From Candidatus Latescibacterota bacterium (GTDB taxonomy: Bacteria > Latescibacterota > UBA2968 > UBA8231), in assembly GCA_965206595.1 (NCBI GenBank), contig OZ242214.1:192001-256000 (forward strand): a stretch of 64,000 bases of DNA, given 5' to 3'. Positions 13,268 through 23,530 of the stretch are shown piece by piece. The notes beneath the pieces were generated by a model. The model saw nothing but the letters and a program-made list of their open reading frames with translations, was not told the DNA's origin and did no database searches. Position 1 is the first letter of the stretch. Each line of letters opens with the position of its first letter. The position numbers and the translations under genes were made by a program.

Positions 13268-13690
13268 ACAGGCCTCTTCAAGGACAGCCCATCCGCCAGT
13301 AACAGCCGCAGCTGCCGGGGAAGAACGAGTGATCGGGAGAAACCGCGTTTTCCGACACGGGAGAGCCGGCAATCGCAATCCTGGCTTATTACAAGTACTT
13401 GAGATTATTTAATTGTATAAGGGACTGAGCACATACTGAGGGATCACCGAGGGAAAGTCAACCGCCGCCGGCAACCGGTATGGTAGCAGCGCGCCCGCTT
13501 GTGAACCCCGGAGTTGTACATGATTATTGCAGGGTTCAGCGGTACGGTGAAGGCGACCACGGCACTTGCGAGCAACGACCTGCTGCCGCAATGAGCCTGC
13601 CTAATACCTCTCCTGGACGCACCGTCTTAGCGTCGTTGCCATTGCGGCTTCGGGCGTATCGAGAACACTGTCGGAAAGTGGACGCCAGCC

Positions 13691-15538
13691 ATGGAAATGA
13701 CCGAAATGAACGCTGAAAATCTCAAGACCATGCTCGACCAGAGCATTGATCGCTACGGCGAGCGAACTGCGGTTCGAGTCCTCAGGCAGGCTTCCGGAGG
13801 CCAGGGACCAACTTACGAACCGATCACCTATACCGAACTCGGCCGCATGCGCAACGCCGCCGCCGCCGGGCTTGCCGACCTTGGTGTCGGCAAGGGGGAC
13901 CGCGTCGGTATTCTCACGGACGGCGGGTTCGAGCCGCTGCTGGTGTTTTTGGCCTGCGACCTGCTAGCGGTCTGCACCGTGCCGTTGTGCAACAAGCAGT
14001 CGGAGGAGATCCTGACTCACAACATCAACCACTCCGGTATCTCTTTTCTTGTCGTCGATGGGAAATCGCTGGGCCAGGTAACGGCGATTGCCGATGCTCT
14101 GGAACAGCCGCCGAAACTGATCCTGACCGACGGCAGCCGTGAAGATTCCATTCCGTGGGAGCAAATCGCCAGCTGCGAAGCAGCGACGCCGGAAGTTGCG
14201 GTATCGCCATCCGACGAGACGAAAATCCTCTATACGTCCGGTTCGTCAGGCCTGCCGAAGGGGGTGGTCCAGACGCACGCCAACATCGTTGCCAACATCC
14301 GCCAGGTGTGGGACGTCATCGCGGAGAGCGACACCTTCCGTTTCTTCAAGTCGGCGCCCGACTACCACTCGATGGGAATCCTCAACCTCTACTTTCCCCT
14401 GGCAAAGGGATGGACCCTCGACCTCGCCCGTTCCCCGGACCGGGTTCTCACGGACATTCGCCTGTCGCAGCCGGAGGGGTTTCTGACCGTTCCGCTGGTC
14501 CTCGACAAGGTCTACGGGAACGTGCGCAAGGAGATTGACGCGGGAGGAATCAAGGGCAGTCTCGTGGAGCGGGCGGTAAACGCCCGGCAGCGGCTTGCTC
14601 GAGGGGAGGGCAGCCTCGGCGACCGGCTGGTCAACGCCACCCTCGGCGGCAGCATCATCGCCAAGATCAAGGAGCAGTTGTCGAAGCGGGTTGGAGGCAA
14701 CCTCGAGCTGCTGGTTGTGGGTTCCGCCAAGGCCGACCCGGAAGCGCTCGATTTCTTTCAGGACGTTCTGGGCATCCGCACGTTGGAGGGATACGGAACC
14801 ACCGAATGCGCACCGTTGATAGCGACCAACCACCTCCGCGGCCGCAAGACGGGAACTGTCGGCCGGCCGCTGTTCGAGGTCAGGCTGGTAGGCGAACAGG
14901 GGGAGGTGCTCGCCTCCGGCGATCCGGTGTCCGGCACCTACCGGCCGGGCCCCGGAGCCGGTGAGCTGTGGGTGTCGGGTGCGAACGTCATGAAGGAGTA
15001 CCTCAAGGACCCTGAGCGCACCGCCGAGGTTCTGGTGGAAGAAGATGGCAAGAGATGGTACCGGACCGGGGACCTGTTCAGCATGGATGACGAGGGCTTC
15101 CTGACCTTTCAGGGCCGCGTCGGCCGCCAGTTCAAGCTCGCCAACGGGGAGTTCATCAATCCGGAGCTGCTGGAGCGGGTATTTTCCAGGGGCGCCCTGG
15201 TGGAGCACGTTCTGGTGTCGGGGGACCAGACCCGCAGCCAGCCGGTTGTCGTGGTGACCGTCGACCTGGAGGAAGCAGGCAAAATCGAGGAGGTTTCCGG
15301 GGACGAGGAGGCCATCCGCAGCCACCCCGTGGTCGCCGAGCGGATTCGGAGCCAGCTTCTCCACGAGTCGGACCTTGCAAGGCTGCCGGCACACGAGCGC
15401 CCGGTCAACGTAGTCGTCCTGCCCGCGGCTCTCAGCGAGGAGGACGGCACCTTGACTCGAGGGCTGAAGAAGGTCGTCCCCAAGGCCGTGGAGGAGCTTT
15501 ACGCCGGGACGATCACCGAGGCTCCGCCCTCGGCATAG
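13691..15538 (+). CDS. Long-chain acyl-CoA synthetase / AMP-binding enzyme
   Basis: ILYTSGSSGLPKGVVQTHAN, EGYGTTE, WYRTGDL, GEFINPE, LTRGLK. Confidence 0.9.
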   Translation: MEMTEMNAENLKTMLDQSIDRYGERTAVRVLRQASGGQGPTYEPITYTELGRMRNAAAAGLADLGVGKGDRVGILTDGGFEPLLVFLACDLLAVCTVPLCNKQSEEILTHNINHSGISFLVVDGKSLGQVTAIADALEQPPKLILTDGSREDSIPWEQIASCEAATPEVAVSPSDETKILYTSGSSGLPKGVVQTHANIVANIRQVWDVIAESDTFRFFKSAPDYHSMGILNLYFPLAKGWTLDLARSPDRVLTDIRLSQPEGFLTVPLVLDKVYGNVRKEIDAGGIKGSLVERAVNARQRLARGEGSLGDRLVNATLGGSIIAKIKEQLSKRVGGNLELLVVGSAKADPEALDFFQDVLGIRTLEGYGTTECAPLIATNHLRGRKTGTVGRPLFEVRLVGEQGEVLASGDPVSGTYRPGPGAGELWVSGANVMKEYLKDPERTAEVLVEEDGKRWYRTGDLFSMDDEGFLTFQGRVGRQFKLANGEFINPELLERVFSRGALVEHVLVSGDQTRSQPVVVVTVDLEEAGKIEEVSGDEEAIRSHPVVAERIRSQLLHESDLARLPAHERPVNVVVLPAALSEEDGTLTRGLKKVVPKAVEELYAGTITEAPPSA

Positions 15539-15756
15539 ACCTTGTCCACGAAATCAGGGGTGAATTCGGGCCACCCCCGCAGTTGAAGAAATCCCTGCTC
15601 AATCCGTACCGCCTCACCTGATTTCCCCCTCAATCCCACCTTTGCACTCTACAACCACAACAAGGCTTAATTCCGGCGGTGATTTGCCACGGCCTGCCAC
15701 TTAACCGCGAACTGCAGGCGCCAGGGGGGGAAGGAGCGGCATTCCAACCCGGCGGT

Positions 15757-15900
15757 TAGTGCCTGTCCCGGAATGGATTGGAAAATCCGGCCGCCGAGAC
15801 ACCCGGATCGCAAGGCGTCTGAGCGAGTCGTACCAAGGGTGTACGGCGAGGGAAGGCAACGCTGGGAAGAATTGCAAGAAATTGATGGGACAGGACACTA
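15757..15900. mobile_element. Non-autonomous IS630-type miniature element (MITE)
   Basis: TA-flanked; TAGTGCCTGTCCC ... GGGACAGGACACTA inverted ends; no ORF; shares its TA with the adjacent IS630 end. Confidence 0.55.
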
Positions 15901-16615
15901 GGGTCTTTGTTCCATCAATTAGTTCAAAGAGTCTGGTGATTTTTTTCGAGGATCGATTCGGCCGTCGCCGTCCACATAAACGGGCGTGATTGGGCGTTGT
16001 ACTGGTCGGTGAATTCCTGAATGTTGGCGACCAGATCCTTCGCCTTCTTGAAGGTCCCACGGCGGATGGCTTTTTGCGTGAGGGTTCCGAACCAGATCTC
16101 CACCTAGTTGAGCCAAGAGGCATAGGTCGGTGTACAGTGAACATGGTATCGCGGTCTCGCCACGATTCACCGGTTGACTTTTTCGTGCTTGTGCGTGGCG
16201 TAGGTATTTACCACCAAGTAAATGTCGAGATCTTTCGGGACGTTTTGGTCAATGTATTTGAGGAACTGCAGGAATTCCTGGTGCCGATGCCGGGGTTTGC
16301 ATTGGGTCAGGACTTTGCCCGATGCGATCTCGAGCGCCGCGAACAAAGTCGTCGTGCCGTGCCGGATATAGCTGTGCGTAAGCCTTCCACATAGCCCAGG
16401 CCCAAAGGCAGAATCGGCTGTCCGTTCCAGGGCTTTGGATCTGGCTCTTCTCGTCGACGCATAACACCATTGCCCTGTCCGGAGGGTTCAGGTACAGGCC
16501 TACGATGTCTCTGATTGTCCACAAAAAGAGTCGTTTGACAGCGTGAAGTGCTTCTGCCGATGCGGCTGCAGACCCAACGCTTTCCATACCCGTTGAACGC
16601 TGGACTTGGAGCGGT
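15899..16615 (-). pseudogene. IS630-family transposase remnant (5'-truncated, frameshifted, one nonsense codon)
   Basis: Fragments in several frames: SKSSVQRVWKALGLQPHRQKH, RDIVGLYLNPPDRAMVLCVDEKSQIQ, RHGTTTLFAAL, TPTYASWLN*VEIWF, RPFMWTATAESIL; end TAGGGTCTTTGTTCCATCAATT. Confidence 0.9.
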
Positions 16616-16635
16616 GCAACAGTCTTGTTATTTTT

Positions 16636-18081
16636 GGCTCCTCTGGAGAATCTGTGGGTGAGGAGGGGAGGCTGCGGCGATGGGAATAGAGGAGGCCAGG
16701 TAGCCCAGGCGCATCATCCCCCGGTATGTTGGGACAGTCCACCAAGACGGAACCCAACTACCTGTGGAGGGAATGATGCGCCTGATCACGGTACTAAACC
16801 GGTGCACGACCTTCAAGCGGTTTGTGTTTGAGGGCAGTCATTTTGACCGGCACGGAAGGATAATGGTGAGGATAAGGCCACGGAAAAACTCCCGGGGCGC
16901 GTGCAGCGGCTGCGGTCACTTGGCCCCCACCTATGACACGGCCCCCGAGGCCCGGCTGTTCGAGTTTGTTCCCCTCTGGGGGTTTCCGGTCTTTCTGGTG
17001 TATCGCATGCGCCGGGTTGCCTGCAAAGCCTGCGGCCGGGTGGTCGTCGAGAAGGTCCCCTGGAGCACGGGCAAGCACCACCTGACCGACCTCTACCGCT
17101 GCTTCCTGGCCCAGGGGGCCAAAAAACTGTCGTGGATCGAGGTGGCGCGTTCCTTCCGGACCCGTTGGGACAAGGTCTACCACTCCGTCCAGTACGTCGT
17201 GGACTATGGGCTCGCTCATCGCTGCCTCGACCAGGTCACGGCCCTCGGCGTGGATGAAATCCAGTATCGTAAGGGGCCTCATTATCTGACGTTGCTGTAC
17301 CAGATCGACCCCCACCGCCGCCGCCTGTTGTGGATGGGCGAGAAGCGGACGAAGAAGGCCTTGAACGACGGCTTTACCGAACGGGAGCAGGAGCACCGGC
17401 GCAAGCAGGAAGCCGGCGGCGAGCAGGAGCCGACCCGTTTCCTCGACCAGATTACCGTCATCTGCTCTGATATCTGGAAAGCCTACCTCGACGTTATCAG
17501 CAAGCGGCTCCCCACCGCGGTACCTATTCTCGACCGTTTTCACCTCATGCAGCACTTCAGCAAGGCCCTCGACAAAGTCCGTGCCGAAGAGGCCCGCAGA
17601 CTCAAAGAACAGGGCCAGGATCCGGTCCTGAGCAAGAGCCGCTGGTGCTTCCTGAAGCGCAAGGAGAACCTCAGCGACTCCCCCCCAAGGCTTGAAGCTG
17701 TCGGAGCTATTGAAGATGAACCTGCGGACGGTCAGAGCCTACCTGCTCAAGGAGGACTTCCAGCGCTTCTGGGACTACACCTACTCCGCGTGGGCTGAGA
17801 AGTTCCTCCAGCGCGGGTGTTTCCGTACGATGAGAAGCAACATCGAACCGATGAAAGACATCGCCGGAATGCTGCGGCGTCACCAAGAGCTCATCCTCAA
17901 TTGGTTCAGGGCCAGGAAGCAGTTCAACAACGGCATGGTCGAGGGCTTGAGCCTGAAATGGAATCTGACAGGGAGAAAAGCATTCGGATGCCGCACCTTC
18001 AAGGCACTCCAAATCGCTTCATTCCATCAGCTCGGCGATTTACCCGAGCCACAATTCACCCACGAATTCTACTGACGAGCC
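16636..18081 (+). mobile_element. ISL3-family insertion sequence, copy 1
   Basis: Inverted repeats GGCTCCTCTGGAGAATCTGTGGGTGA / TCACCCACGAATTCTACTGACGAGCC; AT-rich flanks; no matching target duplication. Confidence 0.92.
16773..18075 (+). pseudogene. ISL3 transposase, frameshifted at a C7 tract (17680-17686)
   Basis: Zn-finger CSGCG...RRVACKAC, LGVDEI, DRFH, VEGL. Copy 2 has C3 here (GACTCCCAAGGC, in frame), so copy 1 carries +4 C. Confidence 0.9.
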
Positions 18082-18144
18082 GAATTTATTTCTCTGGTTC
18101 CATTGCGGGACGCCAGGCGCTCTGGCCCTCGATCCCTGGGACAG

Positions 18145-19248
18145 CTATATCAAGAGACTGTGGATATTCTGCAGGAAAGTGCGGTTGTCTCCACCCAGGT
18201 AGATCATCTCGCCACCCATGCGGTTGAAGCTCTTGCAGAACCGGATGTAGTAAGCGGGATGCTCCCTCGGCGGCTCCCCCCGCGACCAGTCCCAGTCGAC
18301 CTCCGCCAGGTCGTTGACGGCGATGAAGGGGGTCAGGGGACCGGTCCCCTCCTGGCGCCGCAGATTGTTGGCTATCGATACGGCTTTTTCGAAAACCTGC
18401 GGGGCCATTACCGCCGAACCGACCGAAAGTAGAACTCCTTCCGAGCGCAGCTGTCTAACGGCGCGGACGAAAACCGCGAAGTCGATGCCGGCCGCGCGTC
18501 CCATCGCCGCCCCGTTGGCCATCGGATGGGTGTAGACGATATCGTAGCCGATCCCGGGATGTACCGTCAGCGGCACTCCTAGACGACAGGCTGCCGCTGT
18601 CAGAGAATTCTCCGGGTGGCGGTGCTCGACGCGAAGAAACCCCTCAGGTATCTCGAAGCGTTCGAGGCAGTGCAGCAGTTCGGCCTGCGCCGGCAGCAGG
18701 GCCGGGTTTCCAGTCTCGCACGCATCGCTGACGGCATGCCACAGGTCCTCCCGGGGCGGGATTTCACAACCGTCGTCCAGCACGAACCTCCCGATCGATT
18801 CTCCGTACCCCATACCGGCCAGCGCACCGGTCAGTACGGCGAGGAGCGTGAAGCGGCCGGTCTCGTCCCAACAGCCGAAGCGGCCCTCGGCGACATGGGA
18901 GCCCACGTCTTCTTCGGAGCGGCCCTGGAAAGCATACTCCCAGTCGTGGATGACTCCCGCACCGTTGGTCGCAAGATTGGTGACCCAGCCAGCCTCCATC
19001 AGCTCTTCTACCACCGCTCCGAGGCCGTTTTTTATCAGGTGTGCGCCAAAGACAAGTACCACCGAGGCTCCCGCCGCGCGCGTCGCGCGGATGCGCGCGG
19101 CGACGAGTTCCACTTTTTCCGCCAGGTCTCCGGCGGGTGGCGGCGGCGACTGCGGATCGACGCGAAGGGACTCGAAGGCATGTTTGCTGCGGCGAACAGC
19201 AAGAGGCTGGACCTCGATCCGGGTCAGATCCTCGCGTTCATGCGGCAC
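18145..19248 (-). CDS. Deoxyhypusine-synthase-like (DHS-fold) hypothetical protein
   Basis: VFGAHLIKNGLG, LATNGAGVIHDWE, VPLTVHPGIGYDI, SVGSAVMAPQVFEKA. Confidence 0.65.
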   Translation of the reverse strand: MPHEREDLTRIEVQPLAVRRSKHAFESLRVDPQSPPPPAGDLAEKVELVAARIRATRAAGASVVLVFGAHLIKNGLGAVVEELMEAGWVTNLATNGAGVIHDWEYAFQGRSEEDVGSHVAEGRFGCWDETGRFTLLAVLTGALAGMGYGESIGRFVLDDGCEIPPREDLWHAVSDACETGNPALLPAQAELLHCLERFEIPEGFLRVEHRHPENSLTAAACRLGVPLTVHPGIGYDIVYTHPMANGAAMGRAAGIDFAVFVRAVRQLRSEGVLLSVGSAVMAPQVFEKAVSIANNLRRQEGTGPLTPFIAVNDLAEVDWDWSRGEPPREHPAYYIRFCKSFNRMGGEMIYLGGDNRTFLQNIHSLLI

Positions 19249-20278
19249 TGTCCACCTCCCGGAAACGCCGGGCGATCTGCGCCGGGCTCGCCGTTCCGGT
19301 GGTTCCGATCTGCTGTACCGTAATGGACCCGACGAGATTGGCTACGAACGCAGCCTCAGAGATGCCGGCTCCGGCGCTCAGCGAGGCGACGATGGCGGCC
19401 GAGGTCGAATCTCCCGCGCCAACCGGATCGATCGGTCTGTCCGCAGGAAAACCGGGCAGATATTCGACACGGTCTCCGACGGCCACCAGCATCCCCCTTT
19501 CCGACAGTGTGAGGAAAACGGGGCGCCCCGTGTACAGGGACAGCTGCGCCGCCCGTTTCCTGGAATCTGCCAAGGGAATTCGCGCCCTGTCGGACGAGGC
19601 TTCCGCAAGGGCCGCCGCGGCCTCGCGCTCGTTCGGCTTGACTATCACGTCCCGGTACAACCCGATGCGTTCGCGGGAGTCGGCGAGGAAGACAGTGTCC
19701 TCGCGCTCCAGGGCAAGACGGGTAAGAAACGGGCGAACCCGCGTCGTTACGACTCCGCAGTTCGGCTCGTTCGCCTGGTCGACGATGATGACGCCGTCCC
19801 AGCGGGGGACGTTCTCCCGGATGTAACCGACAATCCGCTCCTGCAGGAGGCGCGGTGTGGGCTGCCGGTTCTTGATGTCGATGCGCTCGAGCTCCTCCAC
19901 GACCCGCCCGGAGTCGACGTAACAGGCCTTGGCGTACGTCGGTGTGAAGCGATTATCGGCGGTGAAGAACCCGTCCGTTCGCAGACCGAGTTCCCCCATC
20001 GCCCGCCGCAGTTCGTACCCTTCGCCGTCGTCTCCACAGTAGCCCACCGCCTCGACGGAACCTACTCCCAGGGCGGCGAGGTTGGCCGCAACCGTTCCCG
20101 CTGCACCCCCCTGCCTGCGGGTGTTGACGACCTGGAAACAGCGTTTACCCGTCTCAAGCGACCTCTCTTCAAGGTCGCGTTCGCAGTCATAGTAGGCGTC
20201 GAGAAAGAAATCGCCCACTACCGCAACCGTGAGTTCGCGGAAGGAGCGCAGCAATCGTCGCAGACCGCCAGCAGTCAT
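19238..20278 (-). CDS. PfkB-family sugar kinase resembling the HldE/RfaE kinase domain
   Basis: VAVVGDFFLDAY, GGAAGTVAANLAALG, VKPNERE, FLTLSERGM, DPVGAGDS. Confidence 0.88.
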   Translation of the reverse strand: MTAGGLRRLLRSFRELTVAVVGDFFLDAYYDCERDLEERSLETGKRCFQVVNTRRQGGAAGTVAANLAALGVGSVEAVGYCGDDGEGYELRRAMGELGLRTDGFFTADNRFTPTYAKACYVDSGRVVEELERIDIKNRQPTPRLLQERIVGYIRENVPRWDGVIIVDQANEPNCGVVTTRVRPFLTRLALEREDTVFLADSRERIGLYRDVIVKPNEREAAAALAEASSDRARIPLADSRKRAAQLSLYTGRPVFLTLSERGMLVAVGDRVEYLPGFPADRPIDPVGAGDSTSAAIVASLSAGAGISEAAFVANLVGSITVQQIGTTGTASPAQIARRFREVDSAA

Positions 20279-21186
20279 CGCGACCCCAAGCTCGAGATCT
20301 GCCCGTGGAGATCACCCTTTGCGCATGCGACTCCCAGGTGGTCGAGAATGAGGTCCGCCTCGCTCCAGTCAGGGACCAGGATCTGTGCGCCCACTCCCAG
20401 CAGGCGTTCTTTTTTCCACAGGTCCCACCCCTGTTCGCCGTTTTCCAGGCTCGCCACCCCGATGGCCACGCCCCCTGCCGCGCGCGCATTCTCCAACTCG
20501 ACGTAGCCATCCCCGAAGGCCGCCAACTGAGAACCGTCCAGGAGGTGCGACCTGAGGATATCCTCTATAACGATTTTCTTGGAAAACGATCGGTAATCAT
20601 CCCGGGCCCCGTGGATGCGGCTCCCGAAATAGGGAGTAAGTCCCAGCAGCTCCGCTTCCTCGACAACGTACTCGTGATCGGTGCCGCTGGCTAGGTGGCA
20701 GAGGATCCCGGCTTGCCGCAGCCTCTCCAGCAGGCGCCTGGCTCCGCGAACCAGGTACGTCCCGGGAGGTCGGTGCCGGCTGCGCACGCTTTCCAGACGC
20801 CCGGCGATACGTTTGTTCAATAGAGTCAGGTACTGTCGTTTGTACTCTGCGGCGGGTACGCAATCGGCACCCCGCTTTCGCATCTCTTCCTCCAGCCGCA
20901 GCATCTGGAAGATCGTCTGTTTTCCCGTAAGCCTAGTGATGAATTCTCGGCAAATGTACTCGAGCTGTTTCGGAGTTTCGACGGTTTCGGCGCTGCCCAG
21001 CACCGTGACGAACTGGTGGGTCATCACCTCCTGCCAGCCTCCGCGAAGCAGGGACAAGGTGCCGTCGAAATCGAACAGCGCGTGGCGAATGCGATTCGGT
21101 GGCAACGGCTGCAGACCGTGTATTTCGATCGCTTTTCCTGGGAAAACCGGAGGGGTCGCGGCGGATTTCACAGCGCCCAACTTCAT
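20275..21186 (-). CDS. HAD-superfamily hydrolase (phosphatase-like)
   Basis: LFDFDGTL motif I, LASGT motif II, FGDGYVE motif IV. Confidence 0.88.
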   Translation of the reverse strand: MKLGAVKSAATPPVFPGKAIEIHGLQPLPPNRIRHALFDFDGTLSLLRGGWQEVMTHQFVTVLGSAETVETPKQLEYICREFITRLTGKQTIFQMLRLEEEMRKRGADCVPAAEYKRQYLTLLNKRIAGRLESVRSRHRPPGTYLVRGARRLLERLRQAGILCHLASGTDHEYVVEEAELLGLTPYFGSRIHGARDDYRSFSKKIVIEDILRSHLLDGSQLAAFGDGYVELENARAAGGVAIGVASLENGEQGWDLWKKERLLGVGAQILVPDWSEADLILDHLGVACAKGDLHGQISSLGSR

Positions 21187-21290
21187 CGTTCCCGGGGGAG
21201 TCGGTCAAGGGAAGCCGCGCCTTCGGCAGGCAGCCCTCCGCGCTTGATGCAGCAAGGGTAATACCATAATTTACCGAAGGTTAGGTCAGT

Positions 21291-22223
21291 ATGACGGCTG
21301 CGCGCATTGCAGCCGAGACAGCGGAAATTGTGACTATTTCAAAAGCGGTTCTGCCGGTGGCCGGCAGGGGTACCCGGCTGCTGCCGGCCACCAAATCCCA
21401 ACCGAAGGAGATGCTTCCCGTCGGCACCAAGCCGGTCGTGCAGCACGTGGTCGAGGAGCTTGTCGAGGAAGGAGTCGACAAGCTCCTGTTCGTTACCGGC
21501 CGCAAAAAGCGGTCGATAGAAGACCATTTCGACGATGATCCCGAACTCGACATCCTGCTTCGGGAAAAGGGGGAATCGGTCGCACAGCTCGATTACGAGA
21601 AGGAAGGGGTAGAGTTCTTCTACGTCCGGCAGCGGCGGCCTCTGGGCAACGCCGATGCGATCCGACTGGGAGCCCGGTTTGTCGGGGAAGAGCCTTTCCT
21701 GGTCGGATTTGGAGATACGATCATCCGCTCTCCGCACAAACCGGGAGTGGTCGGGCGCATGATCGCGGCCCACCTGCGCAACGATGTGGCGGCGACCATC
21801 GCCGTCTGGGAGGTTCCGGCGCAAGAGGTCCAGCGCTACGGCATTGTCAGGCCAGGCTTCGGAACCGGCGACGACGAATGCTTCGAGATTTCCGAGATCG
21901 TCGAAAAGCCACACCCCGAACATGCTCCCAGCCATCTCGCGGTGGCGGCCCGTTACATCTTCGATCGCCGCGTGTTCTCAGCGATAGAAAAAATCGAGAC
22001 CGGCCATGGAGGGGAACTCTGGTTGACGGATGCGATCCAGATCCTGATCGACGAGGGACAGGGGGTGCAGTGCGTGCGTCTGCTTCCGGACGAAATGCGG
22101 TACGACATCGGAAGTCCAAACACTTACTACCGAGCATTCGCTGATTATGCACTCGCCGATCCTCACCACGGCCCGGTGCTGGCCGACTATCTCAGAACCA
22201 GGCTCCTGCCAAGCGGATCGTGA
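21291..22223 (+). CDS. galU: UTP--glucose-1-phosphate uridylyltransferase-like nucleotidyltransferase
   Basis: KAVLPVAGRGTRLLPATKSQPKEMLPV, SIEDHFD, VRQRRPLG, IVEKP, ELWLTDAI, YDIG. The true start may be GTG 21330. Confidence 0.85.
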   Translation: MTAARIAAETAEIVTISKAVLPVAGRGTRLLPATKSQPKEMLPVGTKPVVQHVVEELVEEGVDKLLFVTGRKKRSIEDHFDDDPELDILLREKGESVAQLDYEKEGVEFFYVRQRRPLGNADAIRLGARFVGEEPFLVGFGDTIIRSPHKPGVVGRMIAAHLRNDVAATIAVWEVPAQEVQRYGIVRPGFGTGDDECFEISEIVEKPHPEHAPSHLAVAARYIFDRRVFSAIEKIETGHGGELWLTDAIQILIDEGQGVQCVRLLPDEMRYDIGSPNTYYRAFADYALADPHHGPVLADYLRTRLLPSGS

Positions 22224-23497
22224 TAGTCGCTCTCGACTACGGCCGCAAGGGTATCGAGGCGGAGATACCGGACGACGCCGAGATCCTGTCGATGGCGGAC
22301 ATGCCCGGCTTGGACCGCATTGTAGAGCGGCTCCACGAATCCCTGCGGGCTCCTTCCGGGACGGCACCGCTCCTCGATTTGGCCCGCGGCCGGGAGGACG
22401 TATGCGTCGTCATCTCCGACATCACCCGGCCGGTTCCCAACTCCATTATCCTTCCGCCCATCCTGGATACCCTGGAAAACGCCGGCATAGCGCGCGATGC
22501 CATTACCATCCTGATCGCCACCGGACTGCACCGCCCCAACGAGGGGGAGGAACTGGTCGAGCTCGTCGGCCCTGAGATCGTGCAGAAATACCGCATCGAG
22601 AACCACCGGGCAAGGGATCGCCGCAGCCTGGCCTACCTCGGAGATACCTCGGCAGGAGCCCCGATCTGGGTTGACCGCCTCTACCTCGAAGCCGATCTGA
22701 AGATCGCCACCTCGTTGATCGAGCCCCACCTGATGGCCGGATACTCGGGTGGACGCAAGGCGATCTGTCCCGGGCTGATGGGTGTAGATACGGTGAAGGT
22801 GCTGCACGGACCTGAGCTGATGGGACACCCCAGATCCGCCGAGGGGATCCTCGAAGGCAACCCTTTTCACGAACAGGCCCTGGAAGTAGCCCGGACTGTC
22901 GGAGTCGACCTCGTTCTCAACGTGGCGATGAATGAAAAGCGGCAGATTTCAGGCGTTTTCTCCGGCGATCTGGAGAAAGCCCACGCCGAAGGCGTGGCAT
23001 TCGTGGAGGCAGCAGCCGTGGCTACCGTCGACGAGGCTGTCGACGTCGTGGTCACGACCAGCGCCGGGTTTCCCCTCGACCTGACCTTCTACCAAGCGGT
23101 AAAGGGAATGACGGCGGTGCTGCCGATCATCCGCGAGGGCGGCACCATTGTTATCGCCGCCAGCTGCGACGAAGGGCTGGGCAGCCGGGAGTTCAGCAAA
23201 CTGTTGCTGGGGACAACCGGGCTCGACGAGTTCGCCGGCAAATTGGCGTCGCGTGATTTCTTCGTCGTGGACCAGTGGCAGTTGCAGGAGTTGTGCAAGG
23301 TGCTCGCCAAGGCAAGGGTGAAGCTTTATTCTCAGAAGATCGCCCGCGATTTCGGAGCCTCCTTGCCGATGGTCGACGTAGTTCCCTCGGTAGAGGCGGG
23401 AATAGACGAAGCCCTCCGCGATTCGGGTAACAAAGCCCGCGTAGCCGTCGTCCCGAAAGGGCCCTACGTGCTGCCGCGATTGAGGTCGAGTCGCTGA
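22220..23497 (+). CDS. larA: LarA-family nickel-pincer-dependent racemase/epimerase
   Basis: ISDITRPVP, IATGLHR, IENH, IEPHLMAGYSGGRKAICPG, DLTFYQAVKG, DQWQ. Substrate is not necessarily lactate. Confidence 0.85.
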   Translation: MIVALDYGRKGIEAEIPDDAEILSMADMPGLDRIVERLHESLRAPSGTAPLLDLARGREDVCVVISDITRPVPNSIILPPILDTLENAGIARDAITILIATGLHRPNEGEELVELVGPEIVQKYRIENHRARDRRSLAYLGDTSAGAPIWVDRLYLEADLKIATSLIEPHLMAGYSGGRKAICPGLMGVDTVKVLHGPELMGHPRSAEGILEGNPFHEQALEVARTVGVDLVLNVAMNEKRQISGVFSGDLEKAHAEGVAFVEAAAVATVDEAVDVVVTTSAGFPLDLTFYQAVKGMTAVLPIIREGGTIVIAASCDEGLGSREFSKLLLGTTGLDEFAGKLASRDFFVVDQWQLQELCKVLAKARVKLYSQKIARDFGASLPMVDVVPSVEAGIDEALRDSGNKARVAVVPKGPYVLPRLRSSR

Positions 23498-23530
23498 GAC
23501 GACTGAATGGCTTAGGGGAAACAGATTCTC

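Noticed and set aside
13380-13690. Riboswitch or sRNA upstream of the acyl-CoA ligase
   Set aside because: No recognisable aptamer consensus or terminator.
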